Shown here in pieces: positions 47,380 through 56,944 of a stretch of 64,000 nucleotides of DNA. The DNA lies in the NCBI GenBank assembly GCA_964427735.1, contig CAYRUS010000001.1, positions 602,201-666,200 of the forward strand, read 5' to 3'. The stretch comes from an uncultured Gammaproteobacteria bacterium. GTDB lineage: Bacteria > Patescibacteriota > Microgenomatia > UBA8517. Numbering within the stretch: the first letter of the stretch is position 1; every line of letters begins with the position of its first letter. The notes beneath the pieces are model-generated. The model had not been told where the DNA came from and made no database searches. It was given only the letters and a program-made list of their open reading frames with translations. Position numbers and translations under genes: made by a program.

Positions 47380-48277
47380 AGCATATTCGCGTCGTCAATT
47401 AGCAGTAGTTTCATTAATACTCGTGAGTTTTATTTATACTTTGCTAAACGTTGCTTCTAGGTTTTTAGCATTAGAGTTTGAATCTTTTACACAAGTCTAT
47501 CTGAGAATATTATTAGGTTTTTTAATTGGGACAATATTATTTAAGAGGAATATTAATTTCCCCAAAATTAAATCTACAAGTATAAAGGATTGGTGTTGGC
47601 TTTTTTTAATGGGTGTTGTTGGATATTCTGTATTTGTTTATTTAATAACATTAGGTGCTATTAATACGAAGTTGATAAACGTATCAATAATTTATTCTAC
47701 CTTTATTTTTTTTGTTTATATCCTATCAGCTTTCTTTTTAAAGGAAAACTACGACAAGAAAATTATCGTAATGCTGGCAGCTTCTTTTTGGGGGATGGTC
47801 ATGCTTACAACTAATAATATCATGCCAACTAATTTAACTTTAAATAAAGGTGATATATATGTATTTTTATCAGCTGCTGCATTCTCTTTATTTATATTAG
47901 GAAGAAAAAAATTAAGCAATGATCTTAATAATGAAGAAATAACAGTGGTTGTTATGGCAATTGCATTTGTAACAAGCTTTGTTTTTGCTTATATACTTGG
48001 ACAATCAGTTGAATTAGTTAATTTCACAAACCCACTTGTGCTTTTGGGTTTAATTATTGGTGGTATTGGTAATATCGTTTCAACGTTTCTGGAGAACTTT
48101 GCATTTGAACATTTGAGTTCTGTTATTGGAAGCCAACTTTTACTTTCTGAGAATATATTTTCATTAATTATTGGATATATTTTGTATAATGAGACTATTA
48201 GTTTTATACAAGTATTTGGTGTCACAGTCGTGATTGGAAGTGTATACTACACGAACATACTATTGAATAGTAGGTAG
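47372..48277 (+). CDS. EamA/DMT family transporter
   Basis: About 10 TM segments, duplicated EamA halves, FLKE and GD motifs. Confidence 0.85.
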   Translation: MVRAYSRRQLAVVSLILVSFIYTLLNVASRFLALEFESFTQVYLRILLGFLIGTILFKRNINFPKIKSTSIKDWCWLFLMGVVGYSVFVYLITLGAINTKLINVSIIYSTFIFFVYILSAFFLKENYDKKIIVMLAASFWGMVMLTTNNIMPTNLTLNKGDIYVFLSAAAFSLFILGRKKLSNDLNNEEITVVVMAIAFVTSFVFAYILGQSVELVNFTNPLVLLGLIIGGIGNIVSTFLENFAFEHLSSVIGSQLLLSENIFSLIIGYILYNETISFIQVFGVTVVIGSVYYTNILLNSR

Positions 48278-48354
48278 ATAGAGTTACAAACTGCTTATAG
48301 TTAATTTATGTTTAGACTTATTGTTTTTACCTGCTACAATGAATTTACCTGCCT

Positions 48355-49635
48355 ATGATAGAAGTTTATCCTACAATACTTACTAGCGATAAATTAGAAT
48401 TAAAAGATCTCTTGGATAAGTCTCTTGGTAAAGTTCCGAGAGTACAAATAGATATTGTAGATGGGATTTATGCGGACAATAAAACAATTGATCCAAGAGA
48501 TGTAATTGAAATAAACCCTTCATTGACAATAGATTTTCAATTAATGGTCAAAGAACCTGATTATTGGATTAACAAGTGCAAAGGAGTAACAGGAAGAATT
48601 ATTGGTCATATTGAAATGATGAAAGACCAAGCAAGGTTTGTTGATGCAGTGAAGGATGCAAAATTTGCTCCAGGACTTGGTTTGAATTTAAACACTCCTA
48701 TAGAAGAACTAGATGAGGATTTGCTTTCGGAATTGGATGTTGTGTTGCTGATGTCTGTCCCTGCAGGATTTAATGGACAGGAATTCAGACCAGAAGTGTT
48801 AGAGAAAATTAAAAAATTAGACAATATCAGGAAATCAAAAAAACTTCCCTTTAAAATTTGTATAGACGGGGGAATCACAAAAGAAAATATTATAGAAATA
48901 GCCGACGCTGGTGCGGATGAGGCTGCGATAGGGAAAAGAATTTATGAAGGAGGAGTTGGAGACAACCTAGACTCTTACAGAAAAGCATCTTTAGAAAGTG
49001 AGATTTTAGTCCATAAGCCAAGACAGTTAATAAAAAATGTTGCCTTTTTTGGAGACAGCCATACACCTGAAGAAGATCAAATCTATAAAGATGCATTTGA
49101 GATAGCAAAAGAACTGGCAAAAAATGGTTATACCATTGTGAATGGTGGAGGTCCTGGAATAATGAATGCATCTACACAAGGAGCTCGTGCGGCAGGAGGG
49201 GAGACACTGTCAGTAACATTTGATCCTACTGATGCTCCTGGTTTTGAAGGACGCTACGTAGGCAATACAACTGATCAAGAAGTAAAAACAACAAATTATA
49301 TTGAAAGAATGTTTAAGCTAATGGAACATGCTGATATATATATTATTTTTAAGGGAGGCTCAGGGACAATTAGTGAGTTTGGTACAGCGTGGGTATTGGC
49401 AAAACTTTATTATGGTCACCACAAACCATTCATACTTTACGGCAACTTTTGGGCTGAAATTATTGATGTTTTAAGGAAAAACATGAATTTAGATAAAGAA
49501 GAACTTGGTGCATTTGAAATTGTTGGAAGGAAAGAAGACATTTTACCGACCATAAAACGTTTTGAAAAGAAAATTGCTGCTAATGATCATAGTAAAGATT
49601 GCAAGGTATGCTTGGATAAAGCTTTTATGTCATAA
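48355..49635 (+). CDS. Ribulose-phosphate 3-epimerase fused to a LOG-family nucleotide phosphoribohydrolase
   Basis: N-half P.IL, Q.D..DG, LM, L.MSV..GF.GQ.F, IDGG; C-half VAFFG.S, NGGGPGIM.A...GA, ER..L, GGSGT..E. Confidence 0.85.
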   Translation: MIEVYPTILTSDKLELKDLLDKSLGKVPRVQIDIVDGIYADNKTIDPRDVIEINPSLTIDFQLMVKEPDYWINKCKGVTGRIIGHIEMMKDQARFVDAVKDAKFAPGLGLNLNTPIEELDEDLLSELDVVLLMSVPAGFNGQEFRPEVLEKIKKLDNIRKSKKLPFKICIDGGITKENIIEIADAGADEAAIGKRIYEGGVGDNLDSYRKASLESEILVHKPRQLIKNVAFFGDSHTPEEDQIYKDAFEIAKELAKNGYTIVNGGGPGIMNASTQGARAAGGETLSVTFDPTDAPGFEGRYVGNTTDQEVKTTNYIERMFKLMEHADIYIIFKGGSGTISEFGTAWVLAKLYYGHHKPFILYGNFWAEIIDVLRKNMNLDKEELGAFEIVGRKEDILPTIKRFEKKIAANDHSKDCKVCLDKAFMS

Positions 49636-49636
49636 C

Positions 49637-50479
49637 ATGACTTTACAAGAACTAGAAAAAAAGGCTAACGAAATAAGACAAGATATTATAAAAATGCTGG
49701 TTGAGGCTGGATCAGGTCATTCGGCAGGTCCCCTTGGAATGACAGATGTATTTACTGCTCTTTATTTTAATTTACTAAAACATAACCCTAAAGACCCACT
49801 GTGGGAAGAACGCGATAGGCTTTTTTTGTCTTGTGGACATATCGTACCTGTGCGTTATGCAACAATGGCTCATGCGGGATATTTTGATAAAAAGGAGTTA
49901 ATGACTTTAAGAAAATTAGGTTCTGATTTACAAGGCCACCCTGAAAGAGAACGGATGGTTTCAATGGAATCAACTTCAGGTCCTTTAGGTTCTGGGCTAG
50001 CACAGGCGGCAGGATATGCATATGCTGCGAGGATGGATTCTAAAAAATTTAGGGTCTATTGTGTGTGTTCTGATGGTGAACACCAGGAGGGAAATCACTG
50101 GGAGGGAGTAATGTTTTCAGGAAGCAATAGACTTAGTAATTTAACTGTTTTTGTTGATAGAAATAATATTCAAATCGATGGTTATACAGAAGATGTAATG
50201 CCATTGGAGCCTTTGGCTGATAAATATGCTAGCTTTAATTGGCATGTTTTACATATAAACGGCCACAATATAGAAGAGATAATAGATGCCGCTGAACATG
50301 CCAAAGCTGTATATGAAAAGCCAACGGTTATTCTTTGCCACACTATTCCTGGAAAAGGAGTTTCTTTTATGGAAAACATGTATGAATGGCACGGAAAACC
50401 TCCAAACGAAGAGGAAGCAAAAAAAGCTTTAAATGAATTAAGAACCTTGGGAGGAAAAATTAAAAGTGAACATGAATAA
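49637..50479 (+). CDS. Transketolase, N-terminal subunit
   Basis: SGH, RDR..LS.GH, LQGHP, SG.LG.GL and TPP motif SDGE..EG..WE...N. Confidence 0.93.
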   Translation: MTLQELEKKANEIRQDIIKMLVEAGSGHSAGPLGMTDVFTALYFNLLKHNPKDPLWEERDRLFLSCGHIVPVRYATMAHAGYFDKKELMTLRKLGSDLQGHPERERMVSMESTSGPLGSGLAQAAGYAYAARMDSKKFRVYCVCSDGEHQEGNHWEGVMFSGSNRLSNLTVFVDRNNIQIDGYTEDVMPLEPLADKYASFNWHVLHINGHNIEEIIDAAEHAKAVYEKPTVILCHTIPGKGVSFMENMYEWHGKPPNEEEAKKALNELRTLGGKIKSEHE

Positions 50480-50487
50480 AAATAAAC

Positions 50488-51483
50488 ATGTTAAATAAAA
50501 CAAAACACCTAAGTACTGAAGTCTTTTCAAAAGATATAAAAAAAGAACCAACCAGAAATGGATACGGGGAGGGTTTGGTTGAAGCCGGAAAGAAGAATGA
50601 AAATATTGTTGTCTTATGTGCAGATTTGACTGAAAGCACCAGAAGCGAAGCCTTTAAAAATCAGTTTCCTGATAGATTTGTAGAAATTGGTGTAGCAGAA
50701 CAAGCACTAGCCACAGTCGCATCCGGAATGGCAAATTATGGAAAGATTCCCTTTATTTCCTCATATGCAGCTTTTTCTCCAGGTAGAAATTGGGAGCAAA
50801 TTAGAACAACAATTTGTCTGAATAATGTTCCAGTCAAGATTGCAGGAGCTCATGCTGGAATATCTGTTGGTCCTGATGGTGCTACTCACCAAATGCTCGA
50901 AGATATTGCTTTAATGAGGGCTTTGCCAAATATGATTGTTATTGTTCCCGCTGATAAAGAGGAAACAAAAAAGGCAGTAATTGAAGCAGCAGAAAATGGC
51001 AAACCAACATATATTCGCTTTGCAAGATCAGGGACACCTGTCTTTACAACTGGAAAAACTCCATTTAAAACAGGTAAAGCAGAAATTTTATGGGAGAGTA
51101 AAGATGCTGAAGCTACAATTATTGCCTGCGGACCTCTTGTGTACGAGGCACTTCTAGCAGCAAAAGAATTGGACGAAATGGGAATTGGTACTATTGTTGT
51201 AAATAACCACACGATAAAGCCTCTTGATATTCACACAATCACAAGTTGTGTAAAAAAAACCAATGCGGTGATCACTGTAGAAGAGCATCAAACTACTGGT
51301 GGTCTTGGTGGAGCTATTGCAGAAATGCTTGTTAGAGATTTTCCTGTTCCAATGGAGATGGTTGGGATGCCTGATTCATTTGGAGAAAGTGGCGAGCCAG
51401 ATGAATTACTATCAAAATACGGGATGAAAGCTAAGGATATTGCTAAAGCTGTAAAAAAAATAATTGGAAGAAAAAGCTTTTGA
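50488..51483 (+). CDS. Transketolase, C-terminal subunit
   Basis: ADL..ST, G.AEQ, GPDGATHQ, YIRF.R and EEH...GGLG. Confidence 0.93.
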   Translation: MLNKTKHLSTEVFSKDIKKEPTRNGYGEGLVEAGKKNENIVVLCADLTESTRSEAFKNQFPDRFVEIGVAEQALATVASGMANYGKIPFISSYAAFSPGRNWEQIRTTICLNNVPVKIAGAHAGISVGPDGATHQMLEDIALMRALPNMIVIVPADKEETKKAVIEAAENGKPTYIRFARSGTPVFTTGKTPFKTGKAEILWESKDAEATIIACGPLVYEALLAAKELDEMGIGTIVVNNHTIKPLDIHTITSCVKKTNAVITVEEHQTTGGLGGAIAEMLVRDFPVPMEMVGMPDSFGESGEPDELLSKYGMKAKDIAKAVKKIIGRKSF

Positions 51484-51495
51484 AGTTATAAGTTT

Positions 51496-51954
51496 TTATA
51501 AATTTGCCTCCAGATTATTGGCATCATTCAGACAAGATAAAAACTCATTTGTCTCAGTCCAACCGCATTTCCCATCGCTTTGTTTCTCACAAATGGCAAG
51601 ATCATAGCAGCCATATTCTTCTTTGAATTCACAAGTTGTAACAATATCTTCTTCCGCACAAACTTGGCTGCTACAACCTGTTATGACGCAACCATCTTTT
51701 GCCGTTCGAGTAATAGGTGTTACAGGTAATGGTGAAAGACTGCCATTTTCAATAGTTTGTGTATATTTTTCTCCAGAATTTGTAATGCAAACAGCAGGAT
51801 AGCTTTCTTCAATAACACTATCAGGGAGAAGTGTACACTCTTCAAAGTTGCTTACAGTTATTTTTTTATTATTTATGATTGGGTATAAACCTAAAACAAG
51901 AAGAGTAATTATTAGAATGCCTAAAATAGTCCAAGCAATAAACAGCTTTTTCAT
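51496..51954 (-). CDS. Membrane-anchored Cys-rich (eight-cysteine-cluster-like) surface protein
   Basis: N-terminal TM; F.EC......ESYP..C; C..GCS.Q.C......CE......CY....C......CGW. Confidence 0.75.
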   Translation of the reverse strand: MKKLFIAWTILGILIITLLVLGLYPIINNKKITVSNFEECTLLPDSVIEESYPAVCITNSGEKYTQTIENGSLSPLPVTPITRTAKDGCVITGCSSQVCAEEDIVTTCEFKEEYGCYDLAICEKQSDGKCGWTETNEFLSCLNDANNLEANL

Positions 51955-51998
51955 ATATTTTTTGATATTTATTATTTAAGACAGTAGTCTATGAATAT

Positions 51999-52925
51999 TT
52001 ATTTGTTAAGTTTTTGAGCTTTTAATCTTCTTCTGAATATATAAATTAGTACAAGAATAGGTAACCAGATGACTGAGTAAACTCCTAACCAAATAGCCAG
52101 AGAAGCAATGTCTCTAAGAGAACTAATTAAAGACCTAACAGCAAGTTTAAAGATAACAGAAGGACGAAAAGTTTCATCAGGCGTGTATGGTAGTGCAATT
52201 TCATCTGTAGAAAGATAAATAGTAAGTTTTGCCAGCCTTGAATTTTCTTCTAGAGATTCTTGTTGTCCTTTTATTGAATCAATTTGACTTTGAATATTTA
52301 TAATTTCCCTGGTTACTTTAGTTATATCTTCTACTTGGGTTGCTGTTGAGAGGATTGATTCGTATTTTTCTTTTGTCTGCTCTAAAGTAGAAAGGCGTGT
52401 ATCAAGGTCAATGTATTGATCTGTAACATCTTTGCCATATATATTCTCTGATACTACTTTAATTGATTGATTACGAAAGTAAGTGAGAGACTCCTCCAGT
52501 CTATCTGCAGGAATTCTAATAACAATCATAGCACTTGGAGTGTCTACTGGGTTAGAAATATTTGAATTTACCATATATCCACCAATCTGATCGGTGTAAT
52601 TAAGTATTGTTTCTCTTGCTTTATTTACATCTTCAACCAGAAGAGATAAATCAGACTCTTGAATAACCATTCTATTTTCAACATCAGGTTGAGGCGTATA
52701 ATCATCAATTGGTCGAGGGAGGGATATTCCTCTTGATACTCCTGCAGTAGGTCCGCCTAGATTAGAATCTAGTGCAGCAGGAAAAGATTGTTCTAAGGTT
52801 CTAGATTGCGTTAGCCTTGAAGATCTTAGAAAATTTTTAGTAAAAGAGATAAATATAAAAGAAAAAACTATAATTAATAGAAGTGTTGAGAGTTTATTTC
52901 GTTTAATCCAGTCTATTAGGAACAT
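51999..52925 (-). CDS. DUF4349 domain protein
   Basis: L.V.DV, GGY, RIP, DVT.QY.DL..RL, coiled coil and C-terminal TM. Confidence 0.88.
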   Translation of the reverse strand: MFLIDWIKRNKLSTLLLIIVFSFIFISFTKNFLRSSRLTQSRTLEQSFPAALDSNLGGPTAGVSRGISLPRPIDDYTPQPDVENRMVIQESDLSLLVEDVNKARETILNYTDQIGGYMVNSNISNPVDTPSAMIVIRIPADRLEESLTYFRNQSIKVVSENIYGKDVTDQYIDLDTRLSTLEQTKEKYESILSTATQVEDITKVTREIINIQSQIDSIKGQQESLEENSRLAKLTIYLSTDEIALPYTPDETFRPSVIFKLAVRSLISSLRDIASLAIWLGVYSVIWLPILVLIYIFRRRLKAQKLNK

Positions 52926-53045
52926 AAATTAATTATCTGATTTTTTGGTGAAATTTGCAATTAAATTAATTTTGATATTTAGATACTATAGATGGAATAA
53001 CATTATTTATGTTAGTATAAACAGATGAAAAAGGGGGTGATTTAA

Positions 53046-53546
53046 ATGGAGAACGACCAAAACGAAGTTAAGGCAAAAGGAGCTTCAATGCCTGTAATAG
53101 CCGGAGTTATTGTACTTTTACTAGTAGTTGCTGTTGGCGCTTATCTTTTGATGTCTAACAGAAGTATTAGTACTGAAGTGTCTGATATTACTGATGAAAT
53201 GGCACAAGATCTTCCATCTGCACCGGATATGGAAGTAAGTGAGACTACAGAAGAAGAGGCAGACAACATTGTTGATATTAGTGTAGAAGCAGATGAGTTT
53301 TCATTTTCACCTGCAGAAATTACAGTTAATGAAGGTGAAACTGTCAGGATTACGCTCACAAACGTAGGGACAATGTCTCATGATTTTGTTATAGATGAGT
53401 TTGCTGGAGCGAGAACTAGAGAGCTTGAACCAGGTGAATCTGAGACAGTTGTTTTTACACCTGATGGTGTTGGTGAGTACAATTTTTATTGCAGTATAGT
53501 AGATCATAGAGCAATGGGAATGGAAGGCACTCTTATTGTCGAATAA
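53046..53546 (+). CDS. Membrane-anchored cupredoxin (type 1 Cu site)
   Basis: F.P.EI.V..GE.V.I, H(DF) and YC....H...GM.G. Confidence 0.88.
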   Translation: MENDQNEVKAKGASMPVIAGVIVLLLVVAVGAYLLMSNRSISTEVSDITDEMAQDLPSAPDMEVSETTEEEADNIVDISVEADEFSFSPAEITVNEGETVRITLTNVGTMSHDFVIDEFAGARTRELEPGESETVVFTPDGVGEYNFYCSIVDHRAMGMEGTLIVE

Positions 53547-53589
53547 AAAAGTGATTGTTCACTTCTTTTTAAGGTGATAGAGTGAGTAT

Positions 53590-54609
53590 ATGAATAAAGC
53601 TGTCCTGAAAGAAATTGCTCTTAAACTTGTTGCTCCTAAAAAGGGGATATTAGCTGCTGACTGGAGCTTGTCCTCAAGTGAAAAGCATTTTGGAAAAAAT
53701 GGGATAGAACACACTTTAGAAAATAGACGAAAGTATCGCCAAATGCTTTTTACTGTTGATGGATTGGAAAAATACATCAGCGGTGTTATTTTTTTTGAAG
53801 AAACTTTAAAACAACGTACGGATCAAGGGGAAACTTTTCCTAGATACTTAAATGAAAAAGGCATAATTCCTGGAATAAAAGTGGATAAAGGTGCGTATGA
53901 CATGTCTAATTTTACTGGAGAAAAGCTCACGCGTGGGTTGGATGATTTAAGTGAAAGGCTAGAAGAATATAAACATTTTGGAGCAAGGTTTACTAAGTGG
54001 AGAGCTGTGATTACAATTGGTGATTCAATACCCTCTTTGGAGTGCTTAGAGGCGAATGCACAAAGGCTTGCTGAATATGCTGCAACAAGTCAAGAATTTG
54101 ATTTAGTTCCCATTGTTGAGCCTGAAGTATTGATGGAGGGAAACCACAGTATCGAAGAATCAATGGAAACAACTAAAAAAACACTTTTAACTTTATTTGG
54201 TTACTTGGAAAAGTATAATGTTTATCTTCCGGGTGTAATTCTTAAAACTAATTTTGTTCATCCTGGGAAAGATTTTGGAGAAGTTAATGACAAAGAAGTA
54301 GCTCAGAAAACCTTGCAAGTTTTAGAGAGGGTTTTACCTCCTCACCTTCCTGGTGTTGTTTTTTTATCTGGTGGGGATTCGTCAGAAGAAGCTACAGCTC
54401 ACTTAAATGATGCTAACAAATTAAAACCAAAAGATTTTTCCTGGCCTTTGACTTTTTCCTATGCTAGAGCGATTCAGTACCCTGCTATTTCCATATGGCA
54501 AGGAAAAGAAGAAAATGTTACAAAAGCACAAAAAGCAATTATAAAAAGAGCAAAACTAAACAGTCTGGCAAGTGAAGGAAAGTATGCAAAAGAAATGGAA
54601 ATGAAGTGA
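53590..54609 (+). CDS. Fructose-bisphosphate aldolase class I (eukaryote-like type)
   Basis: KGILAAD, PGIKVDKG, F.KWR, VPIVEPE, LK (Schiff base), FLSGG and TFSY.RA.Q. Confidence 0.93.
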   Translation: MNKAVLKEIALKLVAPKKGILAADWSLSSSEKHFGKNGIEHTLENRRKYRQMLFTVDGLEKYISGVIFFEETLKQRTDQGETFPRYLNEKGIIPGIKVDKGAYDMSNFTGEKLTRGLDDLSERLEEYKHFGARFTKWRAVITIGDSIPSLECLEANAQRLAEYAATSQEFDLVPIVEPEVLMEGNHSIEESMETTKKTLLTLFGYLEKYNVYLPGVILKTNFVHPGKDFGEVNDKEVAQKTLQVLERVLPPHLPGVVFLSGGDSSEEATAHLNDANKLKPKDFSWPLTFSYARAIQYPAISIWQGKEENVTKAQKAIIKRAKLNSLASEGKYAKEMEMK

Positions 54610-54679
54610 TTTTTTAAGTATTTTTTGTAGAATAATATAGAAAAAAAATGGGTTTGTGTTAAAATGTTAACAAAAATAG

Positions 54680-55720
54680 ATGGAAGATACTTCTGATAAT
54701 TTTAATAGGGAGGAGTTAGAAACTTTTCTCGAACAATTCAAACCTGAAATTGAAGGTAAATCTCCAGATGACAAAAAGAAAGAGGAAAAAGATTTTGAAA
54801 AAATTATAAAAAGGATTGTCAGAAGGTCTTTTATTGCAGATGAAATGCATGATCAAGAAAAATCCTTAAGAGAATTAATATCTGCAGTAAAAGACAGAGA
54901 AAAAAATATAGATATTAATTCAATAGTTGATTCATTAACTAAGAGTGAGTTTACTATAGATCCTCAAATTTACGAGATGGTACAAGAAGCATCTAATAAT
55001 TTATTGAAAAAATATCCTGGAGTAAAAGCAGTAATTCTTATGGGGAGCCCTATTCATGGAGGTGCAGTTGTGAGAAGAGCGATGTTACCTAAAGATTTGA
55101 TAGATCACAATGTCCCAATAGCTGATTTAGATTGGGGAATTATTGTAGAAGAACCATTAGAAAGAGGTGAATTGTCAAAACTTATAAAAGATATGGATAA
55201 AGAGCTAAGAAGTATAGCGAATTTGGAAGAACTAAACTCGATTAAAACCTGTCCTGTCACCAATCCTATAAAGAATTGGGTGAAAAATATTCAAAATGTA
55301 GAGGAAGCTCTGGCGCTATTAGAACCAAATAAAATAGCAGAATCGGATAATATTTTTCTATATTTAGAGCCTTCTTTTCCTTCTAAAGTAAATGAACAAA
55401 ATAGAGCATATATTTTTGAAGCTTTGAAAATCATGTATGCGGATGAAAGTACAAGGGATGATTGGAGATTAACAGTTATCAGCTTATTAATACAATGGGA
55501 AGGAATTCAATATCCTCAAGCTATTCACCATCTAAAAGAAAAGCACTTGGGACAAATGCCTGAAAACGAATCTTATTCACCTCAATTAGAATTTGCTTCC
55601 AAAGATCAAACAAAAAGATCAGAAGGTTTACGTCTGCAAGCTTCCTGTATATCACGTAGAGTTATGGGTAATCCACTAAGAAAATTTCTTTTAAGTACAA
55701 AATCTTTGACTCAAGAATAG
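54680..55720 (+). CDS. Hypothetical protein with pol-beta-like nucleotidyltransferase motif
   Basis: AVILMGS..HGG...ADLDWGIIV (hGS...DxD). Confidence 0.55.
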   Translation: MEDTSDNFNREELETFLEQFKPEIEGKSPDDKKKEEKDFEKIIKRIVRRSFIADEMHDQEKSLRELISAVKDREKNIDINSIVDSLTKSEFTIDPQIYEMVQEASNNLLKKYPGVKAVILMGSPIHGGAVVRRAMLPKDLIDHNVPIADLDWGIIVEEPLERGELSKLIKDMDKELRSIANLEELNSIKTCPVTNPIKNWVKNIQNVEEALALLEPNKIAESDNIFLYLEPSFPSKVNEQNRAYIFEALKIMYADESTRDDWRLTVISLLIQWEGIQYPQAIHHLKEKHLGQMPENESYSPQLEFASKDQTKRSEGLRLQASCISRRVMGNPLRKFLLSTKSLTQE

Positions 55721-55743
55721 ATCTTTTCCTGTCGAGTTTCAAT

Positions 55744-56370
55744 TTATTTTTCTATTAATTCAAAAGTGGACAGAACCTGGTCATAAATAGGGTCATATTG
55801 GCTCCCATCTTCAGTTGTGTTTTTAAGAAATATTTCAAAGCCAACATCTTTGTAATTAAAATAAATTCGAGTTGAATTTATGTTCGGGAGAGCTTGCTGA
55901 TATGAATAACGATACATTGCAGCTTCCTGATGAGCAACCATTGTATTCTCAACCGGAGGTGAAAGATAGGTGTAGATATTTTTATATGGATTGGTAATAT
56001 GAATTGCCATTTCGGCATGTGCGTTAGGATACTGATCTCCCACGAACCCACATTCTTGTAAATATTTTTTTGAGAAGACTATTACATTATTATTAAAATT
56101 ATCAGTCACACATGGATCATATGGATTATCAGCTAGAGTCATAGCAATCCACTCTTGTGGGTGTTTTAGGTGAAAGCTAAGTTTTTCATTTTCATAGGTA
56201 AATGTCTTCCAATTATCTGGATTCTCATTCGTATAAATATCTGGAGATGTGGAGGAAATAGGACTCTCAATAGTAGTATTTGATTTTTTATTCTTCAAAA
56301 GCCATGCTCCTCCTAGCAAGACAAAAATAGCACCAGTGAGCAAAAATATATGTGCAAAACCTTTATTCAT
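55744..56370 (-). CDS. PsbP-like surface protein with pilin-like N-terminus
   Basis: Start re-called at MNKGFAHIF; WKTF.....F.LKHP..W; DQVLSTF. Confidence 0.75.
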   Translation of the reverse strand: MNKGFAHIFLLTGAIFVLLGGAWLLKNKKSNTTIESPISSTSPDIYTNENPDNWKTFTYENEKLSFHLKHPQEWIAMTLADNPYDPCVTDNFNNNVIVFSKKYLQECGFVGDQYPNAHAEMAIHITNPYKNIYTYLSPPVENTMVAHQEAAMYRYSYQQALPNINSTRIYFNYKDVGFEIFLKNTTEDGSQYDPIYDQVLSTFELIEK

Positions 56371-56944
56371 TTTCTGTAAATTCAAAGGTTGAGAGGATTT
56401 GATTAGAAACATTTTCTGCCGAATCAACTTCCATAGTATTATTTTTGTTAGATAATCCGAAATTCCATTGTAGAACTTTTCCATCATCCAATTTATATTC
56501 AAGTATTATTTGTCCTGGTAGTTTATCACTAAAAGCAATATCTTCAGGAGAAGTTGTTATATATTTATTAAATTCAATTTGATTAATAGTTTGGTTGGTT
56601 TTTTCATCAATAATAGGACAAAGACCATCACACTCTTCAATACTAAATGGTGTGATTAAAAAATTAACATTTTCGTTGATTTTTAAGTAGTCTTCACCAT
56701 CTACTGTTTCTTCAAGTGTGGTATCAGTACTTCTTGGGTATTTAAAAGAAAATCCATATTCTTCATTTGTATAAGTTTTCCAATCATCTGTAGGATCTGA
56801 AGTTTCTGTCAAAGCTGCATTTTCTGCTGGTGCATCGCTTGTATTATCAAAAGGATTGTTAGATGAAAGGTAAATTACACCTATGCCAACGGCAAGTAAT
56901 GCTATAACAAGAAGTAAGTGGGCAAAACCTTTATTATTCTCCAT
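56363..56944 (-). CDS. PsbP-like surface protein with pilin-like N-terminus
   Basis: MENNKGFAHLL plus TM; WKTYTNEEYGFSFKYP; QILSTFEF. Confidence 0.8.
   Translation of the reverse strand: MENNKGFAHLLLVIALLAVGIGVIYLSSNNPFDNTSDAPAENAALTETSDPTDDWKTYTNEEYGFSFKYPRSTDTTLEETVDGEDYLKINENVNFLITPFSIEECDGLCPIIDEKTNQTINQIEFNKYITTSPEDIAFSDKLPGQIILEYKLDDGKVLQWNFGLSNKNNTMEVDSAENVSNQILSTFEFTENE

Noticed and set aside
56371-56502. N-terminal extension of track ORF 55744-56502
   Set aside because: Overlaps the upstream paralog; the MNKGFAH start at 56370 matches the paralog's N-terminus
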